Shown here piece by piece: positions 22,824-31,332 of a stretch of 32,000 nt of DNA (the first letter of the stretch is position 1; every line of letters begins with the position of its first letter). Below the pieces are notes generated by a model, which saw only the letters and a program-made list of their open reading frames with translations, had not been told where the DNA came from and made no database searches. A program made the translations under genes and the position numbers. Source of the stretch: Pyrobaculum calidifontis JCM 11548 (GTDB lineage: Archaea; Thermoproteota; Thermoprotei; Thermoproteales; Thermoproteaceae); the NCBI RefSeq assembly GCF_000015805.1, contig NC_009073.1, positions 1,260,001 to 1,292,000 on the forward strand. The letters are read 5' to 3'.

Positions 22824-24011
22824 TTACGCAGTGCCGTGCACGCCGTAGAGCCTCGACTTTAGGACTGGGAGAAGCTTGGAGGCCCTCAGCCACGTGGAGG
22901 AGTACTTCAGCAGGTGGGAGGCCGCCTCTAGGGTCTCGTCGAGGGTGTCAAAGCGGACTGGCTCCCCCCTGAACATGGCGCGCACGTTTTCCCGCACCCA
23001 CCAGACCCCAGTCGGCGTGGTAAAGCCCGTGTACACCTCCCGCCAGATGACGGCCGCGGCTTGCCTCCTAATGGAGTAGAGGTGCTCAACTGCGGCGAGG
23101 CGGGCGGCGTAGTAGCACCCGCCTATCTCTGGGTAGTCCCGCCTCCCCTGGAAGAGCTCGTAGTCCACCTCCACTTCCACAGACCCGCCTGGGTTCCACA
23201 CCGTGCGGGGCTCAAAGGCCTCTCCCCACTCGTAGGCCCACTTCGCCGGGGCCAGTATTGCGACAAAGAGGTTGCGCTCGGCGTAGCGGGCGTATAGGTA
23301 GTACCCGTCCACCTCTGGAAACTGCTTGACCTTGCTCAACAAGAAGTCTGAGACGGCTTTGTCCACGGCGGTGATGGCCCAGCGGGTGGGGACTAGGCGC
23401 CTCCGCCTGCCCAAGGCGCCTATGGACAAGGCCCTGGAGATGTAAGACACGTCTAGCCCAGCCAAGTAGAGCTTTACCACCGCCTCGTGGGCCCCCATGT
23501 CCACGTCGCTGAGCGCCTCCTCGGCCGCCCTCGGGAGCGAGGGGTTCCCCGCGGGCTTGAACTCCCTCAGCGGGGCGGCTGGGCCCATGGGCGGGGCGTA
23601 CTCGCTCAAGTAAACGCCTGCGGGCCTCTTGGCGAAGCGCATCTCCACGTCCACAGGGCTCTGGGAGAGGGCCAAGGCTTGGATTTCCCCAAGGCGGCTC
23701 GGCTTGTCCACGTCCACCTCCACCCCACCTCTGAAGAGGGAGAGGCGCAACTCCACGAACCGCTCAATGGGCAGAGAGAGCCAGGCACCGGGGCTCTCGT
23801 AGATGGACGTGTCTCCGGCCACCGGCGGCGCAGAGGGGTACACCCTGACCCTTGGGTAGCCCACTCTTCCGACGAATACCGAGGGGGGCGTGGAGCCGAA
23901 GAGCTCCATCGGCGGCTGTCTGGCCGGGGCGGGGAGGCGGAGCAGTGGACAGTACGACAACCCGCAGAGTAGCTTCCCCGCGCGGCACTTTAAACAAGGG
24001 GTAAAAGCCAC
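22824..24011 (-). CDS. nreA: Archaeal Nre-family DNA repair protein (DUF650/DUF651)
   Basis: N-terminal CLKCRAGKLLCGLSYCPLL zinc-ribbon-like motif, followed by FGSTPPSVFVGRVGYPRV, as I recall for Nre proteins. GTG start about 22 nt downstream of CTATTTTTTTATCT. Confidence 0.65.
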   Translation of the reverse strand: MAFTPCLKCRAGKLLCGLSYCPLLRLPAPARQPPMELFGSTPPSVFVGRVGYPRVRVYPSAPPVAGDTSIYESPGAWLSLPIERFVELRLSLFRGGVEVDVDKPSRLGEIQALALSQSPVDVEMRFAKRPAGVYLSEYAPPMGPAAPLREFKPAGNPSLPRAAEEALSDVDMGAHEAVVKLYLAGLDVSYISRALSIGALGRRRRLVPTRWAITAVDKAVSDFLLSKVKQFPEVDGYYLYARYAERNLFVAILAPAKWAYEWGEAFEPRTVWNPGGSVEVEVDYELFQGRRDYPEIGGCYYAARLAAVEHLYSIRRQAAAVIWREVYTGFTTPTGVWWVRENVRAMFRGEPVRFDTLDETLEAASHLLKYSSTWLRASKLLPVLKSRLYGVHGTA

Positions 24012-24028
24012 ACAGTTTAGAACGAGAT

Positions 24029-24035
24029 AAAAAAA
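24029..24035 (-). terminator. T7 run immediately after the aioA stop; candidate archaeal oligo-T terminator embedded in the nreA TATA region
   Basis: The A7 run on the plus strand lies 6-12 nt downstream of the aioA TAA (24043-24041). Confidence 0.4.
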
Positions 24036-24040
24036 TAGTA

Positions 24041-27000
24041 TTATGGGGCTAGTTTTACGTCTTTGAAAGTTAGCAACGCCTTAACCGCCTCGTCGAGCGT
24101 GCCTATTTTGACCATGTTGGCCTTTGTCAGTTTGTAGTCTGGGTTCTGCGCCACAGGCTCTACGCTTGGCGTAGTTACAGCGTTTGCCCCCACGCTGTAC
24201 GGATGCGCCATTATTAAGAATATGTGCCCCTCCTTTACTATGTCGGTAACCCACACAATCGCGGGCACAGAGCCGTTGTCGTTGTAGACCACTACCACGT
24301 CGCCGTTTGCCAGCCCCTCTCTACTGGCGTCGTTGGGGTTCACTTGCACAAAGGCGTACGGCCAGCGCCTCATCAACACCTCGCTGTTGGGGTCGGCGTA
24401 GCCGGTCTGCCAAATCTCGTTGTACCGCCCATTTATGACCCAGTACCTGTACTTCTGGCTCTGCTCTGCCACATACGGCGGGTAGCCAAGCCAGAGGGAC
24501 GGCCACGCCCGCAGATGCTTCACCACGTAGCCCCGCGCCTTCTCCGAGGGCACGTACTCAATCCTCCTCTCTATAGTGCCGTCAGGCCTCGCCACCACCA
24601 CCTCCTCTCTGTACCTCTCGTTCAAGGCGGGCTCCATGAGGTTGACCACCCCCCGCGCCTCCACAGTCCCATCAGGGCCTACCTTTAGCTCAGTCAGCGG
24701 GAGTACCACGCCGACGGTTCTAAACTTCCTCAAGATGTTCAAGTCCAGCTTCTTGAAAGCCGGCGTCCAGTACTGCACCTCCCACTCCACGCCCAGCTGC
24801 TTGTAAGTCTCGTCGGCGTTGGCTATGTAGACTTTGAATATCTCATTCTCAACCTCGAAGGTGGGGTCGCGGGCGTTTTTCTCCATGGCGTCCCAAATGG
24901 GCTTAAACGCCTTTCTAAACCTCTCAGCCACCTTGTCGTTGCCCCTCCCCTCTTCCTCGTACAGCTCCACGATCCTCTTAGCCACCATGGCGTAGATCCA
25001 CCAATCCGGCTTAGCCTCGCCGGGCGGGTCCAGCCAGGCGTCGGAGATTCTAAACCTCCGCTCGTGGACAGACATCCTCACGTCGGGAACCTCGCCGTTG
25101 TTAAACGCGGCTGGCAAGACCACGTGCGCGTCCTCCATCATAAACGTGGGATATATGTCTTGGACAACTACGAACAGTCCGCCGGTCTTCTCCAACGCCT
25201 CCAGCACCTTCTCAGCGTATTCCCTCGAAGTGAGGCGCGTGGTCACGGGGATGTCCAACGCCTTGACGTCGTACTGCTCTCTGGACTCCGCGCCGCCGAT
25301 CTTCGCAAAGTCCTCGGCAAAGACGTACCTGGTCACCCTCCACGCCCGGTCGCTAACCGCCGCCTTCAGCCTCTGGGCCTGCGGCGCAAGCTTGTAGTTG
25401 TCCATGTCATGCACCCACAGCACCTTCCCCTCCCCAGCGGTCAGCCTAAAGTCGGTCGTAGGCATGTACCTGTCCCCAAGGGGCCACTTCGTCTTGTAGT
25501 ACCCCTCACTATACACCTCCCTATACCACTCCTCAAACAGCTTCGCATAGTCGTCGTAGGTCCTAAGCTCTATGCCCTTTTCCTTTGCGTAATTCCACGG
25601 GCTCACGTGGTGGCGCTCATTTGTCCAAGGCGGAGGCGGCGGAGCCGGACCCGCGTAGCCCTCCTGATGCCCGCCCTGCCGCTGGCAACCGGTGCCGGGC
25701 ACCCCCCTGAAGGCGCCAACGGCGATGCAGAGGTCGACCAGGGCGTAGATGGAGCGGTAGTTCTGGTTCCAGATAATGCCCTTCTCATACATAAGCCACA
25801 CCCTCTTCAAGAACCCTCCCTGCTTCGGCTCCGCTATTATCTGCGCCGCCTTCTCGATGTCGGCCCTGCTCACCTTCGTAATATTGACAGCCTCGTTGAG
25901 GAAGTCGTCAAGCGGCCTGTTGATCTGCAACGCCTTCTCTAGGTACAGCCGCCACGCGTTCTCATCCCAGCCAAAGCCAAACCGCTGGGCCGCGTCTCTG
26001 TACTGCTGCACGTACTTCTCCACCACGTCTCTATACCTCTCGTAGATGACGCGGGCAATGGCGTTGGCCAAGACAATGTCGGTGCCGGGCTCAGGGCGTA
26101 GCACAAGCACTCTGTCGCCGCCAGCGGCCCTCGCGGCCCTTACGGTCTCCGTGTCGCGCGGATCTACGATTATCATGTAGGCAGGCCCGGCGGACTCGCC
26201 CTGGCTGTACCACCTCCGCTTCTCCTCCACAGTGGCCCCACGGAGGTTGTCCAACGCGTGTTCAATAAACATGACAGTGCCCGTGGAGTAGGGATTGGCG
26301 CCCCAGAATATGACCACGTCGGCAAGCCTCAAGTCGTGGAGCGAGTTGTTCATGGCGCCCGGGCCCGCGTCGCCTATCGCCGGGTTCTCGGGGCCGAAGA
26401 AGGGCCTATTGTGAATTCTGGCAAAGGCGGTGCGGACACCGTAGAAGAAGAACAGCCCGGCGGCCGTGTTCTCTATCATCGCCCCGCCGCCGCCTCCGCC
26501 GTGGTCCATTCTGTGGGCAAAGACGGCGTGGCCCTCCTTGCCCATCCCCCTGTCGATGCCCCACTTGTCTATCACCCCCTTCACCACCCGCGCCACGAGG
26601 TCAATGGCGTAGTCCCAGGTGACTACCTCAAGCCTCCCGCCGAATCTGACCATTGGGAACTTCAGCCGCCTAGCCCCAGCCACGTTCCAAGGACTCCAGT
26701 TCCTCTCCCCGTTGGTGCCGCCGCGAATGCTGTGGTTGCCCATGTTTATGGGACACTCGGGGCTTGGGATCTGCGCCACGTACACCTCCCTAAACTCCCC
26801 CGTGCCCCTCCCCCTCTTCCAATCCCTACGTATAGTCCTCACCACCATGGCCTCGGAAATCCAAGGCGTGCCGGCCTTCGCCGAGAGCGCTGGCAACGGC
26901 TTAGAGAAGTCGGTGGACTGGAGAGTCAGCTCTCTGCCGTAGACCTCGTCCTTCAGCTTGTACACAACTCCGTGCTCTCCCGGCTTAGGCCCGCCGGAGG

Positions 27001-27121
27001 CGCCCGCCGGCCATACATACACGTCGTAGCCACATCCAACGTTGCAGAACTGGCACATAGTGGTGTACCTCTCTGCGTCGGGCGGCGGAAGCGGGACCCT
27101 GCCGGTGAACCTAAACGACAT
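24041..27121 (-). CDS. aioA: Molybdopterin oxidoreductase large subunit, arsenite oxidase AioA-like (1026 aa)
   Basis: N-terminal CQFCNVGCGYDVYVW (C-x2-C-x3-C, very like the AioA 3Fe-4S motif). MopB core, then a C-terminal molybdopterin-dinucleotide-binding barrel (DVVVVYNDNGSVPAIVWVTD). Sits 2 nt downstream of a TAT-signal Rieske subunit, the pairing diagnostic for Aio. Confidence 0.78.
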   Translation of the reverse strand: MSFRFTGRVPLPPPDAERYTTMCQFCNVGCGYDVYVWPAGASGGPKPGEHGVVYKLKDEVYGRELTLQSTDFSKPLPALSAKAGTPWISEAMVVRTIRRDWKRGRGTGEFREVYVAQIPSPECPINMGNHSIRGGTNGERNWSPWNVAGARRLKFPMVRFGGRLEVVTWDYAIDLVARVVKGVIDKWGIDRGMGKEGHAVFAHRMDHGGGGGGAMIENTAAGLFFFYGVRTAFARIHNRPFFGPENPAIGDAGPGAMNNSLHDLRLADVVIFWGANPYSTGTVMFIEHALDNLRGATVEEKRRWYSQGESAGPAYMIIVDPRDTETVRAARAAGGDRVLVLRPEPGTDIVLANAIARVIYERYRDVVEKYVQQYRDAAQRFGFGWDENAWRLYLEKALQINRPLDDFLNEAVNITKVSRADIEKAAQIIAEPKQGGFLKRVWLMYEKGIIWNQNYRSIYALVDLCIAVGAFRGVPGTGCQRQGGHQEGYAGPAPPPPPWTNERHHVSPWNYAKEKGIELRTYDDYAKLFEEWYREVYSEGYYKTKWPLGDRYMPTTDFRLTAGEGKVLWVHDMDNYKLAPQAQRLKAAVSDRAWRVTRYVFAEDFAKIGGAESREQYDVKALDIPVTTRLTSREYAEKVLEALEKTGGLFVVVQDIYPTFMMEDAHVVLPAAFNNGEVPDVRMSVHERRFRISDAWLDPPGEAKPDWWIYAMVAKRIVELYEEEGRGNDKVAERFRKAFKPIWDAMEKNARDPTFEVENEIFKVYIANADETYKQLGVEWEVQYWTPAFKKLDLNILRKFRTVGVVLPLTELKVGPDGTVEARGVVNLMEPALNERYREEVVVARPDGTIERRIEYVPSEKARGYVVKHLRAWPSLWLGYPPYVAEQSQKYRYWVINGRYNEIWQTGYADPNSEVLMRRWPYAFVQVNPNDASREGLANGDVVVVYNDNGSVPAIVWVTDIVKEGHIFLIMAHPYSVGANAVTTPSVEPVAQNPDYKLTKANMVKIGTLDEAVKALLTFKDVKLAP

Positions 27122-27123
27122 GG

Positions 27124-27723
27124 CTACGCCAAGTTGTCGTACTTCCCGTAGACAAGCTGGTTAATACTAACGGCATATATATCGCCCGTCTTCTCGTCGT
27201 ATTCGAGCTCCACCTGGGGCAGATACTCGGTGGCGTGCCCCGTGACCTGCTTCCCGCCCCTAGCCAAATCGAACTGAGTATAGTGGAGCTGGCAGACGGC
27301 ACAGTTGGTGTCGGGGACATAAATCAACGGCCCACCCATGTGAGTGCAAACATTTACAAAGGCCACAACATCTCCGTCGGGCCCAACGCCCCCAACAGCA
27401 CGCTCACCCAGCTTAACTAGAAGCACGTTCAGACCCATGTACTGCCTCACCACCGGCCTCTTATTGGCCAAATCCCTAATATTCGCCAGCCTAACCCGCT
27501 CATAGGCCTTGGCTTGGGGCACCGGCTGGGGGACCTGCTGAGTGACCGTCTGGGTCTGCGTAACCGTCTGCGTGACGGTCTGGGTAACTGTCTCCACGGC
27601 GCCTCGGGGCGCCAGCAGGTAGCCCACCACGCCTCCAACTACCAAGGCCCCGGCCGCCGCCACGACAGTGCGTCTAGTGGAGTCGGGGCGCTTTACCCCC
27701 TCTTTCTTTTCACCCTCAGACAT
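27124..27723 (-). CDS. aioB: Rieske [2Fe-2S] small subunit with twin-arginine signal/anchor, AioB-like
   Basis: TAT motif STRRTVV plus a hydrophobic helix, a (TVTQ)n linker, and a Rieske motif CTH-x15-CQLH. ATG 27723 lies about 27 nt downstream of TTTTTAAAAG. The ORF track starts at TTG 27732. Confidence 0.78.
   Translation of the reverse strand: MSEGEKKEGVKRPDSTRRTVVAAAGALVVGGVVGYLLAPRGAVETVTQTVTQTVTQTQTVTQQVPQPVPQAKAYERVRLANIRDLANKRPVVRQYMGLNVLLVKLGERAVGGVGPDGDVVAFVNVCTHMGGPLIYVPDTNCAVCQLHYTQFDLARGGKQVTGHATEYLPQVELEYDEKTGDIYAVSINQLVYGKYDNLA
27514..27591 (-). repeat. In-frame imperfect 12-nt tandem repeat encoding TVTQTVTQTVTQTQTVTQQVPQPVPQ in AioB
   Basis: Visible in both the protein and the DNA (ctgggtctgcgtaaccgtctgcgtgacggtctgggtaactgtctcc). 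Confidence 0.8.
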
Positions 27724-27822
27724 GTTACCCAAAAAAATTAACTTTTAAAAACTTTTCTCGAAAATAATTCAATTAAGGGAAAAAATCCTCGTAAGTGTAC
27801 AGATATATTAACAGAAGCCACC

Positions 27823-28443
27823 TCAATGTGCAGATGTCAGCGTCTTGTAAATGAGTAGCACAGAGATGTAGAGGAAGTATGCGCCGAATATGAGGAGGGT
27901 GGCCGTGGAGAAGATCTTTATGGCGAGCCACGTGGCGCGGCTGTTGGCCCTCCACCCAGCCCTCACGGCGGCTGGGAAGGCGGTTATCCACGTGAAGATT
28001 GCGGCGAAAAGGCCGGCGGCCCACTCGACGCCGAATTGGGCAATGGAGCCTAGCCCCGCGGTGATCCACCACCCCACCTGGTAGGGGTTTACGAGGCCTA
28101 GGCTGAGGCCGAGGAGGTAGCCCCTCGCGGGGCTTCCCCCTCCGCTCCCGCCCTCCTTGGGCGGCTTAGACGTGGCTATCTTGTAGGCTAGGTATAGGAA
28201 GAAGGCCCCGCCCGCGGCGTAGAAAGGCGTGTAGTAGATCTCGCCGAGGGACTTAAGCGCGGTGGATAGGGCCAGGGTTAGCAACATTAACAGGAAGTCT
28301 GCGCTCATTGCGCCGGCCCCCACGGCGAAGCCGTGGCGGAAACTCTTGAGAGACCACGCGGCTATCAGCGCGTTCATTGGGCCGGGAGGTACGGCGAGGC
28401 TGTAGCCGAGCAACGCGCCGAGGAGAAACTTGGCAAAGTCCAT
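27823..28443 (-). CDS. LysE/RhtB-family small-molecule exporter
   Basis: About 206 aa with six TM segments. N-terminal LLGYSLAVPPGPMNALIAAWSL is typical of the LysE family. Confidence 0.8.
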   Translation of the reverse strand: MDFAKFLLGALLGYSLAVPPGPMNALIAAWSLKSFRHGFAVGAGAMSADFLLMLLTLALSTALKSLGEIYYTPFYAAGGAFFLYLAYKIATSKPPKEGGSGGGSPARGYLLGLSLGLVNPYQVGWWITAGLGSIAQFGVEWAAGLFAAIFTWITAFPAAVRAGWRANSRATWLAIKIFSTATLLIFGAYFLYISVLLIYKTLTSAH

Positions 28444-28458
28444 ATATTTGGAGGAGTT

Positions 28459-29529
28459 TTAAGGAATAACCTCTGTGGAGTCCGCCAGCGGGTCGTAGTT
28501 CAGGTCTTCACGCCTAACGACCCCCCTCTCCATGAGCGACTTGAGGCGGGGGGCTCCCTCCTCCAACAGCCTTATGGTGGCCTTGGTGACTTGGCAGACG
28601 GCGTCGAAGCCCTCCTCTCCCCAGTATTGCTCGTAGTGCGTATAGAGGCACCGCCCTCCGCACACGTGTCTATACTCGCAGCGGAGGCACTTCTCGCTGA
28701 GTCTGGGCGTGTTGACAATGCCCACTTTGATGTTGCCCGCGGTGGCCCACTTCTCGGACACGGCGATGGGGCAGTGGAGGACGCGGCCGTCTGTGTTTAT
28801 GGCGAAGGAGTGGCGGCCGGCGCCGCAGGGCACCCAGTCGTACGGCTTCACCAGCAAGGCGCGGTAGATGCCGAGGATTGGGATAATCCCAAGGACTCTG
28901 CCCCTCTCCGCCTCCCCTAGGAAGAGGTCCCTCAGCTTGGCCACGCCGGGGAGGTACGTGGAGTGGGACCATTTGAGGAACTCGCGGGGCCCCCACTCGT
29001 CGGTCCATACGACGTTGAGCTGCCAGTGCACCGCGTCGAAGCCGAGGGAGAGCAGGTGGGTCACGTCTCTGTATATGTCCGACCGGCGGGTCACAGCCAT
29101 CCTGGCGATCACCTTGCACCCGCAACCCACCTCCCCCTTCAGCCACCTCAGCGCCTCTACCACCCTCTTATACACCCCGGGGCCCCGGTAGTAGTCTGTC
29201 ACCTCGGGAGGCCCGTCAATGGAGAGGAGCACTGTGGAAAACCGGCGCCAAACCTCCGGCGGCAACCTCTTGACCAAGGTGCCGTTGGTCTGTATGCCGA
29301 ACCTTGCGTGGGGAAGCGCCTCCATGACTTGCACAATGTAGTCCACGTTTAAGAGGGGCTCTCCGCCGTAGAAGAACACAGTGGGCGAGGAGTCCCTCTC
29401 CGCGATGAACTTGACCACATCCCCAGGCGACACGGTGGGTCTCCAGGGGCTGTGCTTCTGAGAAAAAGACCCGCCGCAGTAGTTACACCTCAGGTTGCAC
29501 GCCCCAGTGGTGAGGAGGAACCAAAGCAC
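28459..29529 (-). CDS. Radical SAM enzyme with a C-terminal SPASM domain
   Basis: CNLRCNYC (C-x3-C-x2-C) at residues 11-18, then GGEPLL. C-terminal CGAGRHSFAINTDGRVLHCP and CLRCEYRHVCGGRC (C-x2-C-x5-C-x3-C). GTG start. Confidence 0.85.
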   Translation of the reverse strand: MLWFLLTTGACNLRCNYCGGSFSQKHSPWRPTVSPGDVVKFIAERDSSPTVFFYGGEPLLNVDYIVQVMEALPHARFGIQTNGTLVKRLPPEVWRRFSTVLLSIDGPPEVTDYYRGPGVYKRVVEALRWLKGEVGCGCKVIARMAVTRRSDIYRDVTHLLSLGFDAVHWQLNVVWTDEWGPREFLKWSHSTYLPGVAKLRDLFLGEAERGRVLGIIPILGIYRALLVKPYDWVPCGAGRHSFAINTDGRVLHCPIAVSEKWATAGNIKVGIVNTPRLSEKCLRCEYRHVCGGRCLYTHYEQYWGEEGFDAVCQVTKATIRLLEEGAPRLKSLMERGVVRREDLNYDPLADSTEVIP

Positions 29530-29547
29530 AGAGGTGCCGATTCCCCC

Positions 29548-29562
29548 TTTAAAAGATATATA
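29548..29562. promoter_or_regulatory. 15-bp pure A/T block (TTTAAAAGATATATA) shared by the divergent rSAM and PaREP1 genes
   Basis: The block is centred 26 nt from GTG 29529 (minus strand) and 26 nt from GTG 29581 (plus strand). Confidence 0.5.
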
Positions 29563-29580
29563 CCCATGCGCAGAGGTTCC

Positions 29581-30057
29581 GTGTTAACTGTCACTACGCC
29601 CTGGGTGGACTTGGACAAGTTTAGGAGAGATAAGCTTAGGGAGGCGCTCTACGAGGCGGAGCTGGCTGAGGAGTTTCTCAAGAATGGCCTTCTCCGCAAC
29701 GCCGCTGGGAAGGCTTTCCAGGCGGTGAAGGCCTACCTAGCCGCCGCGGCGGCCTTGCACAAAGACAAGATTGTTGCGGCGTTTAAGGGTGTGAAGAGGG
29801 TAGGCCCCAAAAATGCGGTGGAGAAGGGGGACTGGATAATCGCCGTGATGCCCACATCGCGCATGAGGGAGGTGGCCGCGCTTATAGGAGACGACCAGTT
29901 GAGGCTCCTAGTGGAGCTTGCCTTGAATCTCCACGAGTTTCAGCACAGCGGCGTCGACGAAGAGTACGAGCTGTCCCGCTACCGCTCAGAGGAGCTTGTG
30001 AAAAAAGACATCGAAGAGGTCGTGGCTCGGATAAGGCGACTGGCCTCCCAGGGCTAG
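29581..30057 (+). CDS. PaREP1-family protein, paralog 2
   Basis: See paralog 1. GTG 29581 aligns with the proposed start of paralog 1 (VLTVTTPW versus VATVVYPW) and lies 22-30 nt downstream of the A/T block 29548-29562. ATG 29566 is an alternative start. Confidence 0.75.
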   Translation: MLTVTTPWVDLDKFRRDKLREALYEAELAEEFLKNGLLRNAAGKAFQAVKAYLAAAAALHKDKIVAAFKGVKRVGPKNAVEKGDWIIAVMPTSRMREVAALIGDDQLRLLVELALNLHEFQHSGVDEEYELSRYRSEELVKKDIEEVVARIRRLASQG

Positions 30058-30132
30058 TTCTGCAATCCGCCGTCTCTTCACCCCTCAGTGGCTCAAGTTG
30101 TCAACACCGGGAAAAAAGTGAGTGGGTTTTAA

Positions 30133-31332
30133 TTATTCTTGAGTGACGGGCCACTTGACGAGTCTCTCCGCGGCGTTTTCCAACACTACAGCCGCCTTGA
30201 CGGAGGTGGGCGGGGATGTCTGCGGAGTCGGCGGCGGGGGAGGCGCCGCCTGCCTCTTCCTAGTCAACACAAGCGCTATGACGAACAACAGCGCCACGCC
30301 CAGGGCCGTGGCCAAGTTTATGGCCCATGTGAAGCCCGTGTTGAGCTCGGAGTACCTGCTCTGGAGGAGCTGTTTCTCCTGTTGCACCTGTTCGTATGCC
30401 CTGGAGAGCTCGGAGTATTGGCCGCTCAGCCTATTGTAGTCCGCGCTTAGGGAGAGGTACTTGTCTCTCAGCTGGCGCTCCTCGGCCTGTAGCTCTTCGT
30501 ACCTCTTCTGGAGGTCGGCGAGTCGGGCCTGCAAGTCCGCTATCTGCCTCTGCGCGTCTGTGTACTGGCCGGACAGCTTGTCGTAGGCCGCCTTCAACTC
30601 GTCGAGTTGCCTCTTGGCGTCGGCCAGCTGGGCCTCCACGGCGGCCTTGGCCTGGCTCACCGCGTTGAGCTGGGCCTGCGTCTGCTCCAGCTGGGCCCTA
30701 AGCGCGTCGCGCTCGGCCCTCACCTGGGCCAGCGCGGCGGAGAGCTGATTTGCGTCAGCCCGCGCGGCGGCCAGAAGCGCGGTGAGGTTTGCGACCTGGG
30801 CCTCCCTCTGCTTCAACTGCCTCTGGAGGTCCGCGATCTGGGCCTTGAGCTGGTCCACCAGGGCGGCCAGCTCCTTGACCTTGGCATCCAGCTGGGCCGC
30901 CCTAGCCGCGAGGTCTTCGTAGGTGGTGGGGAGCACTCTGCCGATGTAGTACTGGTACGACCACGTGGCGTTGGGCATGTAGACGTATATCTCGAGGAGT
31001 ATCAGGGGGTCTACCCTCCGTTGCGGGCAGTAGTTGAACGTGGTGGCAATCTGCTTAGACTCGCCCTTGGCCAGAGAGAAGCCTGAGTAAGACCGCGAAG
31101 TCACCGTGGGGACGTAGGTGCCCTCCTCGAAGAACTTGACCTTTATCTCCACCTTGTTCACAGTCACGGGGTCCAGCGCCTTTATATTCACAGTGACGCC
31201 GTAGTCGGTGCAGAAGAGCCACTGGTCTGTCCTAGTCACCCACACCTCTATGGGAGGCGAGGTGAAGTGGTCGGTGAGCATGCCGGCCCAGGCCAACGCG
31301 GCCGCCACCAGCGCCAACAGCCAGTACCTCAT
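30133..31332 (-). CDS. Membrane protein with an N-terminal signal/anchor, a beta-rich domain, a coiled coil of about 190 aa, a C-terminal TM helix and a Pro-rich tail
   Basis: MRYWLLALVAAALAWAG, then a globular part of about 120 aa, then Q/A/L/R/D-rich heptad-like sequence (LKAQIADLQRQLKQREAQV...), then WAINLATALGVALLFVIALVL, then TRKRQAAPPPPPTPQTSPP. ATG 31332 lies about 25 nt downstream of CTTTTATATTT. Confidence 0.7.
   Translation of the reverse strand: MRYWLLALVAAALAWAGMLTDHFTSPPIEVWVTRTDQWLFCTDYGVTVNIKALDPVTVNKVEIKVKFFEEGTYVPTVTSRSYSGFSLAKGESKQIATTFNYCPQRRVDPLILLEIYVYMPNATWSYQYYIGRVLPTTYEDLAARAAQLDAKVKELAALVDQLKAQIADLQRQLKQREAQVANLTALLAAARADANQLSAALAQVRAERDALRAQLEQTQAQLNAVSQAKAAVEAQLADAKRQLDELKAAYDKLSGQYTDAQRQIADLQARLADLQKRYEELQAEERQLRDKYLSLSADYNRLSGQYSELSRAYEQVQQEKQLLQSRYSELNTGFTWAINLATALGVALLFVIALVLTRKRQAAPPPPPTPQTSPPTSVKAAVVLENAAERLVKWPVTQE

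Noticed and set aside
21688-22893. Extended 401-aa version of the ZnuA-like ORF, starting at 22893
   Set aside because: The extra 44 codons overlap the 3' end of nreA, encode Cys/Arg-rich non-signal sequence and run across the gene's own TATA box. ATG 22761 gives a proper signal-like N-terminus.
25064-27151. Two plus-strand ORFs of about 290 aa (25064-25942 and 26258-27151) opposite aioA
   Set aside because: Shadow ORFs inside a 1026-aa gene with clear molybdopterin oxidoreductase motifs. Their composition is dominated by R, P, H, V and L.
28333-29352. Plus-strand ORFs 28333-28920, 28868-29191 and 28963-29352, opposite the LysE and rSAM genes
   Set aside because: Shadow ORFs. The minus-strand frames carry the CX3CX2C and SPASM motifs and the LysE TM pattern.
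30139-31086. Plus-strand ORFs opposite the coiled-coil gene (for example 30607-31086)
   Set aside because: The repetitive GC-rich coiled-coil coding sequence leaves the antisense frames open, and their products are low-complexity G/L/R/P.
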